Positions 28,876-37,866 of a DNA stretch of 39,671 nucleotides are shown here, in pieces; position 1 is the first letter of the stretch; every line of letters begins with the position of its first letter. This stretch comes from Candidatus Methanoperedens sp. (GTDB lineage Archaea; Halobacteriota; Methanosarcinia; Methanosarcinales; Methanoperedenaceae). Made by a program: the position numbers and the translations under genes. The DNA lies in NCBI GenBank assembly GCA_027460605.1, contig JAPZAN010000207.1:1-39671 (forward strand). Reading direction: 5' to 3'. The notes below the pieces were generated by a model. The model searched no databases. It was not told the DNA's origin and was given only the letters and a program-made list of their open reading frames with translations.

Positions 28876-31800
28876 ATGAAGTATAAAAGTGTGAGAAGCA
28901 TATCGTATTTTTTGTTGTTAGCTTTGCTTGCATTCATCATTTTTATTCAGGGCGCTGCTGCCCTTGAATTTTATAAAAACGAAAGCAACGCTACCACTGC
29001 TGCAACTGGCACAACTACATTGGAGAAGCTTAGTTTAACATTGAATAAGTTGGTTGCCAAAACTGATGCAATAATCAAGTCAATCTTTGGAGCGAGCCCT
29101 AAGGCAAGTGAAACAATAGAGATTCGCGATAGCAAGAGTACGCCTGTCATAAGCGACGTAAAAACCTACGATGAGACCAAACAACAGAAAAAAACGGGAA
29201 AGACCAGCAGTCTATCAGTAGCAGATATCCCGGATAAGGGAGAACTTGAGGTTGATGCCATTGCCAGCAAGAATGTGGCAGTTAAACTGAAGATAAATAC
29301 GGCAAGCAGGGGCGAGGTTATACTGGATGACTTTGGTAAGAATAATCCTGTTTCCGTTCCCCTGCCTGGCAGGATTGTGAAATATCTGGAAATTGGCGCA
29401 CGCAACATCTCGTTCTCTTCTGCTAATGTTACCATACGCTACAGCGACTCAGAGCTAAATGGAGGGAATGAAAATGACCTTACAATTTATCACTGGAACG
29501 GCGTATCATGGGATGCCCTGCCAACGACAGTAGATATAGCGAACAAAACCCTAAGCGCCAGCGCGACTTCTCTCTCACCTTTCGGGGTTGCAACACCACA
29601 TCATTATATACTGAGTTGTGATACTGGTACAGTCCTAAGCACCACTGGTGGTTCATATAGTACTAATTTTTCATGCGGTAGTAATTCTGCTCCGCAGGAC
29701 GTAGGACAACTTCCAGAAGATACACCAATTGGAGCCAGCACAAGGATTTCGTTGGCCTCTCCTTCAATAGGGACAACTGATTTTGCACACTTTATAAATA
29801 ATACGGCTTTTACAACTTCTGTAAATGTTACGGGGATTAATGGTTCAATTTCCATGTCTGACGCAACTAATGGCAGGAGGGTGGGTGGAAAGTACGAAGT
29901 AGGATATTATGACCCGACTGGACCAGCAAATAATTTTGTTGGATTATTTAATTCAACCACAGCAACAACCACATCTAATCAACAGAGGTCATATCCACTA
30001 TCGTTCAACAGTCAATTTGGTATTATTCCAGCAGGTAAAAAATTAGCAGTGAGGGTATGGATGAATTCATCTGTCTCCGATAGTAGGCGTTTTTTTTCGG
30101 GTTCTATAACATCTAATACTGATAGTTCGATTAATGTAACCATATCTCAAATTGGGGGGGGTGTGAACCTGACAAGCATCTCAGCCTTAACCAATACAAC
30201 ACTTGCAGGAACAAATTCGACCTATTACCTTAACCTCACCAACAACGGCACTGCCTCGGATACTTATAATATCACGGTTTCAAATCCAAATGGTGCATCA
30301 ATCTTTGCCGCGAATATCACCTCGGTCACGCTGGGTGCAGGAGCAAGCAAGGTATTCACTCTTAATGTAACCAACACCTTCTCCGGTACATTCCGTGTTA
30401 ATGTAACAGCCACAGCACTCAATTCGAGTCAGTTCGGATACATCAATACCACAACCAGTGTGATAGCAGCGGGAGTGAACCTCACAAACATCTCAGCCTT
30501 ATCCAACACAACACTTGCAGGAACAAACTCGACCTATTTCCTTAACCTCACCAACAACGGCACTGCCACGGATATTTATACAATTACAACCTCAAATCCA
30601 GACAATGCAGCAATCGCAGCTACGAATATCACCTCGGTCACGCTGGGTGCTGGAGCGAGCAAGGTATTCACTCTTAATGTAACCAACCCCTCCTCCGGTA
30701 CATTCCGTGTAAACGTAACAGCAACCTCCGGCACTGATCCAACCGAGTTCGGGTACATCAATACCACAACCACTGTGATAGCAGTTGCAACAAGTTTCAT
30801 TTATTATCTGGAAAATAACAACACTATACAGTCGCTGGGAGCTGATGGGAATACGGAATACAGCGCATCGGGTACGACAGTCATGCTTTCGACAAGACCT
30901 TATGTCAATTTATTGAAAAACGGAACGATGGGCACAAACGCAAATATACGCTTCACGACCACTTCTACAACTACCGAGTATGAGCTTTTCAGGTTTTACC
31001 TGCCCTTTAATTACACCACGGATACAAGGATTTCAGCAAACTCCACTTTCAATATAAGCTGGTGGGCGAGAGCAACAAACAACAGGTTAAACGTATCGTT
31101 GATCGATTATAATCCTGTAACCGGTGTAAAAACAGTTATTGGGATAAGGAACTTCACGGCGACCGGAGGAGCAGCCCAGACAACTTACGGTTACCAAATA
31201 AACCATTCTGCGTACACTATACCTAAAGGAAACAGGTTGATGTTCCGAATAAACACCACTACGCCTACAGCGGGAACTGTGAGATTATATTTCAATAGCT
31301 ATATCTCAAATATTACTGTAAACGAGACTCAAATTAGCGGAGGAGTTAATCTGACAAATATTTCAGCTTTATCCAACACGACATTTGCAGGAACAAACTC
31401 GACCTATTACCTTAACCTCACCAACAACGGCACTGCCTCGGATACTTATAATATTACAGTTTCAAATCCAGACAATGCAGCAACAGCAGGTACGAATATC
31501 ACCTCGGTCACGCTGGATGCAGGAGCGAGCAAGGTATTCACTCTTAATGTAACCAACCCCTCCTCCGGTACATTCCGTGTTAATGTCACATCCACAGCCA
31601 GCAATTCGAGTCAGTCCGGATACATCAATACTACAACTACTGTGACTGACATTACGCCGCCCAACATCACTTCCTGGGGCAACAACAACACTAATAACCA
31701 GACGCTTTTTTTTAATGTACCAGTCTTCACATCAGTAAAATTCAATGTTACGGCTAACCAGACCATTACTACTCACAATTGGACATATGATAATGCTGGC

Positions 31801-32358
31801 CAGAGCCAAAACTTTGATAATTTTACAAAGCAGTTTATAGAGCCAGGAAGGCACTACGTTAATGTTTCGGTGACAAATAATAACGGCACAGACTATAAGA
31901 ACTGGACCGTCAGGGTTAACCCAGCATCATGGGAATCGTACAACAATTCGGCTCATAGTTATGTTAATAATAATTTCATTGCAGGACAGCAAACCGTTTA
32001 TATGTTCGGCACGGGTTTTGGGGCAAATTACAGCTATAAGGTTGCCTATTACGATGGTAATAATACAAAAAGGTCCACTGATGCAATAAATGCAGATTCG
32101 TCAGGAAATCTGAGCAGTTCCTATACTTTTGCAAGTGGGTCGGACGCTGCCGGTACATGGCATGCCCAGGTGTTTAACGCGTTCATCAGTCCTCCTGATG
32201 CATACGACACTTCGAATACAAACGTGATTGCTGATGATAGTTTTTATGTTGATATAACGGCCATCCCCGAGTTCCCTGCAGGTGTCATGTTACCTTTTGC
32301 GTCTTCATTGATTTTATATACATTCATGAGAAGGAAAATTAAAGATGAAAAAAAATAA
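28876..32358 (+). CDS. Large PEF-CTERM surface glycoprotein with repeated Ig-like domains
   Basis: Signal peptide ending QGAAA; Thr/Asn-rich; C-terminus AIPEFPAG + hydrophobic helix + RRKIK. Start moved to ATG 28876. Confidence 0.88.
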   Translation: MKYKSVRSISYFLLLALLAFIIFIQGAAALEFYKNESNATTAATGTTTLEKLSLTLNKLVAKTDAIIKSIFGASPKASETIEIRDSKSTPVISDVKTYDETKQQKKTGKTSSLSVADIPDKGELEVDAIASKNVAVKLKINTASRGEVILDDFGKNNPVSVPLPGRIVKYLEIGARNISFSSANVTIRYSDSELNGGNENDLTIYHWNGVSWDALPTTVDIANKTLSASATSLSPFGVATPHHYILSCDTGTVLSTTGGSYSTNFSCGSNSAPQDVGQLPEDTPIGASTRISLASPSIGTTDFAHFINNTAFTTSVNVTGINGSISMSDATNGRRVGGKYEVGYYDPTGPANNFVGLFNSTTATTTSNQQRSYPLSFNSQFGIIPAGKKLAVRVWMNSSVSDSRRFFSGSITSNTDSSINVTISQIGGGVNLTSISALTNTTLAGTNSTYYLNLTNNGTASDTYNITVSNPNGASIFAANITSVTLGAGASKVFTLNVTNTFSGTFRVNVTATALNSSQFGYINTTTSVIAAGVNLTNISALSNTTLAGTNSTYFLNLTNNGTATDIYTITTSNPDNAAIAATNITSVTLGAGASKVFTLNVTNPSSGTFRVNVTATSGTDPTEFGYINTTTTVIAVATSFIYYLENNNTIQSLGADGNTEYSASGTTVMLSTRPYVNLLKNGTMGTNANIRFTTTSTTTEYELFRFYLPFNYTTDTRISANSTFNISWWARATNNRLNVSLIDYNPVTGVKTVIGIRNFTATGGAAQTTYGYQINHSAYTIPKGNRLMFRINTTTPTAGTVRLYFNSYISNITVNETQISGGVNLTNISALSNTTFAGTNSTYYLNLTNNGTASDTYNITVSNPDNAATAGTNITSVTLDAGASKVFTLNVTNPSSGTFRVNVTSTASNSSQSGYINTTTTVTDITPPNITSWGNNNTNNQTLFFNVPVFTSVKFNVTANQTITTHNWTYDNAGQSQNFDNFTKQFIEPGRHYVNVSVTNNNGTDYKNWTVRVNPASWESYNNSAHSYVNNNFIAGQQTVYMFGTGFGANYSYKVAYYDGNNTKRSTDAINADSSGNLSSSYTFASGSDAAGTWHAQVFNAFISPPDAYDTSNTNVIADDSFYVDITAIPEFPAGVMLPFASSLILYTFMRRKIKDEKK
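30160..30471 (+). repeat. Intragenic ~312-bp repeat, copy 1 (GVNLT...INTTT)
   Basis: Near-identical DNA to copies 2 and 3, e.g. cttaacctcaccaacaacggcactgcc and aaggtattcactcttaatgtaaccaac. Confidence 0.9.
30472..30786 (+). repeat. Intragenic repeat, copy 2
   Basis: Tandem to copy 1; shares the same DNA blocks. Confidence 0.9.
31342..31644 (+). repeat. Intragenic repeat, copy 3
   Basis: Same DNA blocks; separated from copy 2 by a ~185-aa non-repeat domain. Confidence 0.9.
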
Positions 32359-32707
32359 GCTGATATATATTTCTTTATTATTGCTCTGCGCAGTTCTCAT
32401 CATCTATGCAGGTCATCTGCTCTCATCCAGAGCAGACATGAGCCAGCCCCAGCGTTCTGTGCTCTTCAAGCAGGGAGAAGAGTACATAGTCATATTTGAT
32501 ATAACTAATATCGATCCCGAAAATTCCAATTATACTATAAGCGTAATAGTGGATGGCAAACGCTATGATGAGAATATATTTCTGGGCGCAGGGAGAATAT
32601 TTACCTACAAGCATCACATCTATCCCCCACTGCAGGACAAACGGGTTAATGTCACGGTTTATAAAGAGAACGTTCCAGTAAGCGCAAACACGTATATAAT
32701 AAAGTGA
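32345..32707 (+). CDS. Small N-terminally anchored extracytoplasmic protein
   Basis: N-terminal TM; beta-rich domain IVIFDITN...NYTISV resembling the DUF1616 C-terminal domain (IVGIVN...NYTLKV); overlaps the PEF-CTERM stop. Confidence 0.7.
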   Translation: MKKNKLIYISLLLLCAVLIIYAGHLLSSRADMSQPQRSVLFKQGEEYIVIFDITNIDPENSNYTISVIVDGKRYDENIFLGAGRIFTYKHHIYPPLQDKRVNVTVYKENVPVSANTYIIK

Positions 32708-32722
32708 TACATGGTCTGGCGC

Positions 32723-33892
32723 TCATCCCAGCACACCCACGATGTCTATGCGTCTTGTCATAACCACGGGTATCAGTCCGGAAAATATACCCGCAGCCAG
32801 CGCAATTCCGATACCGCCTAACTGCAGCAACGGGCTAACAACAGATATCTGCCCTGCCTCGAAAAAACTGTAAGCAGCCATATTCAGCAACTTCTGTCCC
32901 AGGTTGCTCAATAGTATTCCAAAAACGGCGCCAAGCAAGGAAAGGATAATGGATTCGTATAGCACGATTTTCATTATAGAACGCTGGGATATACCTATGG
33001 CCCTCATCACAGCAAACTCTTTCTGCTTTTCGTTTATGGACAGTATCATGGTACTGCTAATAAACAGTACTGCTATGAGTATGGAGACAAAAGAAACGGC
33101 GATGGCAGTAGCCAACATCTTCTTGTCGCTGACAACATTATAAGCAGAGTACTCGGCGCTACTCAGAACGAGTGCATTCGGGAAAAGTCCTTTTAGAAAG
33201 GGAAGTGCATTATTCCCCCTGATTATTATATAATTAGCCCGGTCTCCCTTAAGATTGCCAGTAAGCTCCTGCAGTTCTGAAAGATGGAGCACTACAATCG
33301 GGCTAATAGAATATTCGGCTGCAGAGATTATTCCCATCACCCTGAAAGAATTATTGAGACTATTGCTTGAGGCTCCAAGGTGCAATATGTCGCCAGGTTT
33401 TAAGCCCAGAAGCTGTGCTGTCTTCTCGTTAATCACAACTTCTCCTGTTCGTTCCCCGCCTTTAAAATATACATCCCCCCAGGAAAAACCCGGCGCAGAA
33501 GCAGGTAAAGCATCCACACTTCCGGGAATGACTCCGACTCCCATGACAGCCTTTGGAGTGCGATTTGCGGAAGATGCATAAATAAGCCGGTTCAACATCG
33601 GGGTTGCTCCCTTTATATCAGGATTTGAGCTAATTTTATCGACACTTTGATGCACATCCCCCAGCATCGTCCTTTCTGAATTGGATACGAGGTCTGTGAC
33701 GCTGGAATCCTGTGGTATGACCCAGTAGTCCACGTCCCTGTCATACATCATGGCTGCCCCCTGCTTTAATCCCACTCCCACAGAAACAAGCAGTATTGCC
33801 ATTGAGACTGCGATAGCAACAGCTAACGTTGTGAAAAATGTACGCCCTTTCCTGCGTACAAGTCCCAGAAGAGCAATTTTAACGTACATCAT
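32723..33892 (-). CDS. FtsX/MacB/LolE-type ABC permease (second)
   Basis: RRKGRTFFT, 1+3 TM topology, EKQKEFAVMRAIG; paralog of 21274-22476. Confidence 0.88.
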   Translation of the reverse strand: MMYVKIALLGLVRRKGRTFFTTLAVAIAVSMAILLVSVGVGLKQGAAMMYDRDVDYWVIPQDSSVTDLVSNSERTMLGDVHQSVDKISSNPDIKGATPMLNRLIYASSANRTPKAVMGVGVIPGSVDALPASAPGFSWGDVYFKGGERTGEVVINEKTAQLLGLKPGDILHLGASSNSLNNSFRVMGIISAAEYSISPIVVLHLSELQELTGNLKGDRANYIIIRGNNALPFLKGLFPNALVLSSAEYSAYNVVSDKKMLATAIAVSFVSILIAVLFISSTMILSINEKQKEFAVMRAIGISQRSIMKIVLYESIILSLLGAVFGILLSNLGQKLLNMAAYSFFEAGQISVVSPLLQLGGIGIALAAGIFSGLIPVVMTRRIDIVGVLG

Positions 33893-34559
33893 CGATTATT
33901 TTCCCATCCTGCAGTTTAATAATCCTCATCGCCCGAAGAGCAATGGAATCGTCATGGGTGACTACAATAATTGTCTTCTTGTACTCCTGATTAATCCACG
34001 CAAGGATATCCAGGACCTTTTTTCCATTGGTGCTATCTAATTCACCGGTCGGTTCATCGGCAAGTATTATGGGAGGATTATTTGCCAGGGCTCTCGCGAT
34101 TGCCACCCTCTGCTGTTCCCCTCCGCTTAGCTGTCCAGGCCTGTGTTTAGCTCTCTCGTCTAAACCTACAGCTTCCAATAACTCCGTTATCCTCTTTTTG
34201 CGTATCTCCCGGGGGACCCCTGCTTCAGAGAGGGGAAGCTCAATATTTTCATAGGCGGTAAGGGCCGGAAGAAGGTAGAAATGCTGGAATACAAAACCTA
34301 ATTCGTAGAGCCTGAGCTTTGTCAGGGCGTTCCCGTTCATTTTACTGACATCCACATCTTTAATCAATAATTTGCCTTTTGTCGGTTTATCTATACAGCC
34401 CAGGATGTGCAGCAGTGTTGACTTGCCGGAGCCGCTTGGTCCTGTGATAGCAACAAATTCTCCCATCTCAATCGACAGGTTAATGTTATCAAGAGCCTGG
34501 ACGTATGTTTCATCCTGGCGGTATGTTTTGGATAATTCAATGGTTTTTATCAACGGCAT
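33879..34559 (-). CDS. LolD/MacB-type ABC ATPase
   Basis: GPSGSGKST, GFVFQ, LSGGEQQRVAIARAL, LADEPTGELD, VTHD. Confidence 0.93.
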   Translation of the reverse strand: MPLIKTIELSKTYRQDETYVQALDNINLSIEMGEFVAITGPSGSGKSTLLHILGCIDKPTKGKLLIKDVDVSKMNGNALTKLRLYELGFVFQHFYLLPALTAYENIELPLSEAGVPREIRKKRITELLEAVGLDERAKHRPGQLSGGEQQRVAIARALANNPPIILADEPTGELDSTNGKKVLDILAWINQEYKKTIIVVTHDDSIALRAMRIIKLQDGKIIDDVR

Positions 34560-34560
34560 T

Positions 34561-35451
34561 TCAATTCCTTATTTTCCTGAATATTATGATAAGAATTCCG
34601 ATAAATAATAAAGATACAATTACCAGTGAAAATGAAAAACCTGATGCTTGGGGCGTTGGAGGAATTTCGACTACATTTATTGTACCTCCGCTTGATACAC
34701 CTATGAGTTCGGGGGAGCCCATAATCATATTCCCGGAAGCCAGGGCAGCATATAAAGAAAATCTGCCATTTGTGCTGGAAGGCAGCTTTATATCAGCTTC
34801 GTATAGACCTTCCTGAGTGCGGTTAGCGCTTGATTCCAGGCTGCTACTATTCCTTGCAATTATCACTTTCATGGGTATGCCGGTGTCAGGCGCCACCCTG
34901 ACTTTCACGTGAAGCGTATCTCCGGGTGCAACAGTCGTAGCATCTGGCATTACAGAGAGTTTATACTGGGAGAAAACCACGGGTTTAACAGCCATTATAT
35001 CGCCCTGGTAAAAAACAGCAAACGCATATGTGCCCGGGACAGTAACTACATTATCGGGCATATCCACCTGTGCATTTCCTTCGGTGTAATAGACCATGTG
35101 GTTCCACATGAAATTTTTATTCTTATCAAGAAGCGAGAGCTGGAAGCCTGAAATGTCCGTGACGTTAATACTGATGTTGACTTTTTCACCCATGTGATAC
35201 GAGCCAATATCCTGAATATCATAATTTTTACCCTGGTATGCAACGGTTCTATCAGGTGTGTCAATGGTGCTGTCGAGAGATATTGTCGTGCTTGCAAAAA
35301 CCGGTGAATTTAAGAGTGCAACAATTGCAATGAGGACAGCAACATATCTTATAGCTACCTTGGCGCATTTAGATGTATTCAAATCTGCAAAGCCTCGCTG
35401 TGAGTTATTTTTTAAAATATTCTTTTCTTTACATGATAAGACTATCGTCAA
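34561..35451 (-). CDS. Secreted protein with C-terminal anchor (PGF-CTERM-like SGF variant)
   Basis: Signal-like segment ending VFA; C-terminus PPTPQASGFS + TM + RKIRN. Start uncertain. Confidence 0.7.
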   Translation of the reverse strand: MTIVLSCKEKNILKNNSQRGFADLNTSKCAKVAIRYVAVLIAIVALLNSPVFASTTISLDSTIDTPDRTVAYQGKNYDIQDIGSYHMGEKVNISINVTDISGFQLSLLDKNKNFMWNHMVYYTEGNAQVDMPDNVVTVPGTYAFAVFYQGDIMAVKPVVFSQYKLSVMPDATTVAPGDTLHVKVRVAPDTGIPMKVIIARNSSSLESSANRTQEGLYEADIKLPSSTNGRFSLYAALASGNMIMGSPELIGVSSGGTINVVEIPPTPQASGFSFSLVIVSLLFIGILIIIFRKIRN

Positions 35452-35520
35452 GTTTCAATATACCTTTCTATGATAATTATGAGAATTATTATCATTATTT
35501 AAATTTTTTGAAAGCGATAC

Positions 35521-35530
35521 TTTTATATAA
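35521..35530. promoter_or_regulatory. Candidate TATA box in divergent intergenic region
   Basis: TTTTATATAA about 40 bp upstream of ATG 35570. Confidence 0.45.
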
Positions 35531-35569
35531 GATAAGAGTTTTATGGTTATTTAACGTGGTTTATGGTTT

Positions 35570-35815
35570 ATGTTATCAAGTACAATCGTCAGTAGTTCAG
35601 CTGGAATTATCTCAGCGACATCTACGATAGGTGCTCCACAGCTCGGGGTTTTAGGCGTGGTGGCGCTAATAATTTTATTATCATCAAAGGAAATTCTATC
35701 TGCTTCAAAATCATGGAATAAAAACATTGCGTGTTCACTGGATATGAGCATTTTACCGTTATTAATTGCTTTTTTCGCTATCGTGGTTTTCAAGGTAATG
35801 GAGATATTAAAATGA
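35570..35815 (+). CDS. Small two-TM membrane protein
   Basis: 81 aa, Ser/Thr-rich N-terminus and two hydrophobic helices; ATGA-coupled to the next gene. Confidence 0.75.
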   Translation: MLSSTIVSSSAGIISATSTIGAPQLGVLGVVALIILLSSKEILSASKSWNKNIACSLDMSILPLLIAFFAIVVFKVMEILK

Positions 35816-37653
35816 ATAACAAGACTTTGCGATCATTCCTGATATTCCTGGTTTATCTTACTGTTATATTGTCGATAATCCCGACACCGGCTTATGCAGT
35901 AAAAATCACAATAAAACCTGATAATTCCATTGTCAATTCCACAGACGACTCATATTCTGCGAAACTGGAACCTACTGATGGAGACCCGGATTTCTTCTTC
36001 TTGAACCTGACAATCCCGGCAGGTTATAAGCTGATTCTTCCCCCGGCAGGTGCAACGATTGGTAACTATACGATGTATGATAATATAGCAGGCGGGGATA
36101 AAGTGATGATAAATATCACTTCCAGTGACCCCGATAAAGGTCTTGTAAATGTAACCTACTCAACTGATTTCGGTGTACATTCTAGCCCAAGCAATGATCA
36201 GGACATAACTAATATAACTATTGGCGGATCCAATCTTAAAATAACAAACGTCACCGACAATAATGCAGGGTATATGAATCTCTCTCTTGGAGGGACTGCA
36301 GGTCCAATTAACCATACCAGAAACACAGTAAATATAATTCTCAAAAATGGAACCCTCAGGAATCCCACCAATGCTGGCACATATACATGGAAAGTTGTAG
36401 CAAAGCAACAATCAACTGATTTAGGAAAAACCGATTCTGATGATGTGAGCATAAAGGCAGGCGCATCAAAAGTAGTGGTTAAGCCGGTTTTGAATGCGAC
36501 CACTCCTGTAGAAGAAAGTCTGCCGCTGCCGGCAGGCAATTTAACTGTGAACATTACCACTATTCCAGGCGTTGTTGTTGCCAACCTTATTATGACGCTT
36601 CGGAATTTCACTGATGACCCGATTCCTGAGCAAACAGCAGGAGCATCCGGACTTTCAAGAGTAATGTTTATCGGAATCGATGTCCCGGCGCTGCAAGGCG
36701 TTAACTTTACTGCAAAAGTCAGCGTAAACTACAGTTCAGTTGTATCGACACTCACCATTCCAGAGGCAAACCTGAAGCTTTATCGGTTTAATGTTACAAG
36801 CTCAACGTGGGAAGTCGGTTCCAATAATATAGTCGATACTGTAAACAAGATAGTATCAGCCGATTTCAATAGCTTCAGCACCTTTGCGATAATGGGCGCT
36901 GCGGCAGGTGGCGGGGGAGGAGGTGGAGGAGGAGGTGGTTCCGGTGGTGGAGGCGTAACAACATCAGAGCCTTTCGAGAACATAGCAAAGTCAGAGAGCT
37001 ATGATAAATCCCTTATCGCCAACACACCCATAACATACACATTCAAAGCACCAGAGATCGGTATATACGAAATCGCTGTTACAGGCAAGGAAAATGAGAA
37101 TGACATAACTTTGAGAGTGGAAGCTCTTAAAACCACATCAAAACTCGTAACAGCTTCACCGCCAGGAACCGTAGATAAGAACTTGAATATCTGGGCTGGA
37201 ACAAAAAGGATTAAAGAAGCCATTATCAGATTCAAGGTCGATAATACATGGCTTGACAGCAACAAAGTTGCATCAAGCGATCTCAGGATGTTAAAATGGG
37301 ACGGAAGCAAATGGATTGAACTGGAAACCCGGATGAAATATAAAGATGATAGTTTCACATACCTTGAGGCAAAGACCGATACCTTTTCGTCATTTGCAAT
37401 AGTAGGACTAAAGGAATCGGGGACGGTTGTTCAACCTACGACACAGCAGCCCCAGCCTACAGTTTCAGCTGTGTCCACTCCCACCGAGAGAGCTCAACAA
37501 GGAGGCACATTAACAGGCATCATCTTAGGCATCCTTGGGTTCGCTGTACCTATAGGTGAGGGGAGAGTAAGAAGCTCGATTCTAATAATAACTCTGTTGA
37601 CCGGCATTTTGGTCGTCGTATTGTTACGGATTTCAGCCAGACGGAAACGGTAG
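35812..37653 (+). CDS. PGF-pre-PGF domain surface protein
   Basis: Signal peptide (PAYA), poly-Gly linker (36907-36954), then EPFENIAKSE...VEALK...FKVDNTW...WIEL...YLEAKTDTFSSFAI. Start at ATG 35812. Confidence 0.85.
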   Translation: MNNKTLRSFLIFLVYLTVILSIIPTPAYAVKITIKPDNSIVNSTDDSYSAKLEPTDGDPDFFFLNLTIPAGYKLILPPAGATIGNYTMYDNIAGGDKVMINITSSDPDKGLVNVTYSTDFGVHSSPSNDQDITNITIGGSNLKITNVTDNNAGYMNLSLGGTAGPINHTRNTVNIILKNGTLRNPTNAGTYTWKVVAKQQSTDLGKTDSDDVSIKAGASKVVVKPVLNATTPVEESLPLPAGNLTVNITTIPGVVVANLIMTLRNFTDDPIPEQTAGASGLSRVMFIGIDVPALQGVNFTAKVSVNYSSVVSTLTIPEANLKLYRFNVTSSTWEVGSNNIVDTVNKIVSADFNSFSTFAIMGAAAGGGGGGGGGGGSGGGGVTTSEPFENIAKSESYDKSLIANTPITYTFKAPEIGIYEIAVTGKENENDITLRVEALKTTSKLVTASPPGTVDKNLNIWAGTKRIKEAIIRFKVDNTWLDSNKVASSDLRMLKWDGSKWIELETRMKYKDDSFTYLEAKTDTFSSFAIVGLKESGTVVQPTTQQPQPTVSAVSTPTERAQQGGTLTGIILGILGFAVPIGEGRVRSSILIITLLTGILVVVLLRISARRKR

Positions 37654-37664
37654 TGGAGTTCTTT

Positions 37665-37843
37665 AGCGGTATAAAAGGAGTTGCGGTGCCTGCAGCAGTG
37701 CAAACACATGCAGAAGTAAGGGCCACCTTATAGTTGCACCGACAAAGACCATCGTTCCGGAAGCCACAGAACCAACGCCTGCGTTTAAGTTAATCACAAT
37801 ATTTGCCATTGCTTTACTAATATCATTTAAGAAAAGAAGATGA
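37665..37843 (+). pseudogene. Orphaned, frameshifted PGF-CTERM-like tail (PAF variant)
   Basis: SGIKGVAVPAAVQTHAEVRAT, frameshift near 37727-37730, then IVAPTKTIVPEATEPTPAFKLITIFAIALLISFKKRR*. Confidence 0.7.
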
Positions 37844-37866
37844 TATTCCCCATCTTCTATCTTTCT

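Noticed and set aside
36907-36954. G-rich tract as G-quadruplex or regulatory repeat
   Set aside because: Encodes the Gly linker that commonly precedes PGF-pre-PGF domains.
29560-37400. GPS/ZU5-like autoproteolysis at SLSPFGV, SFSTFAI and TFSSFAI
   Set aside because: The His of the H-L/F-S/T motif is absent in all three.
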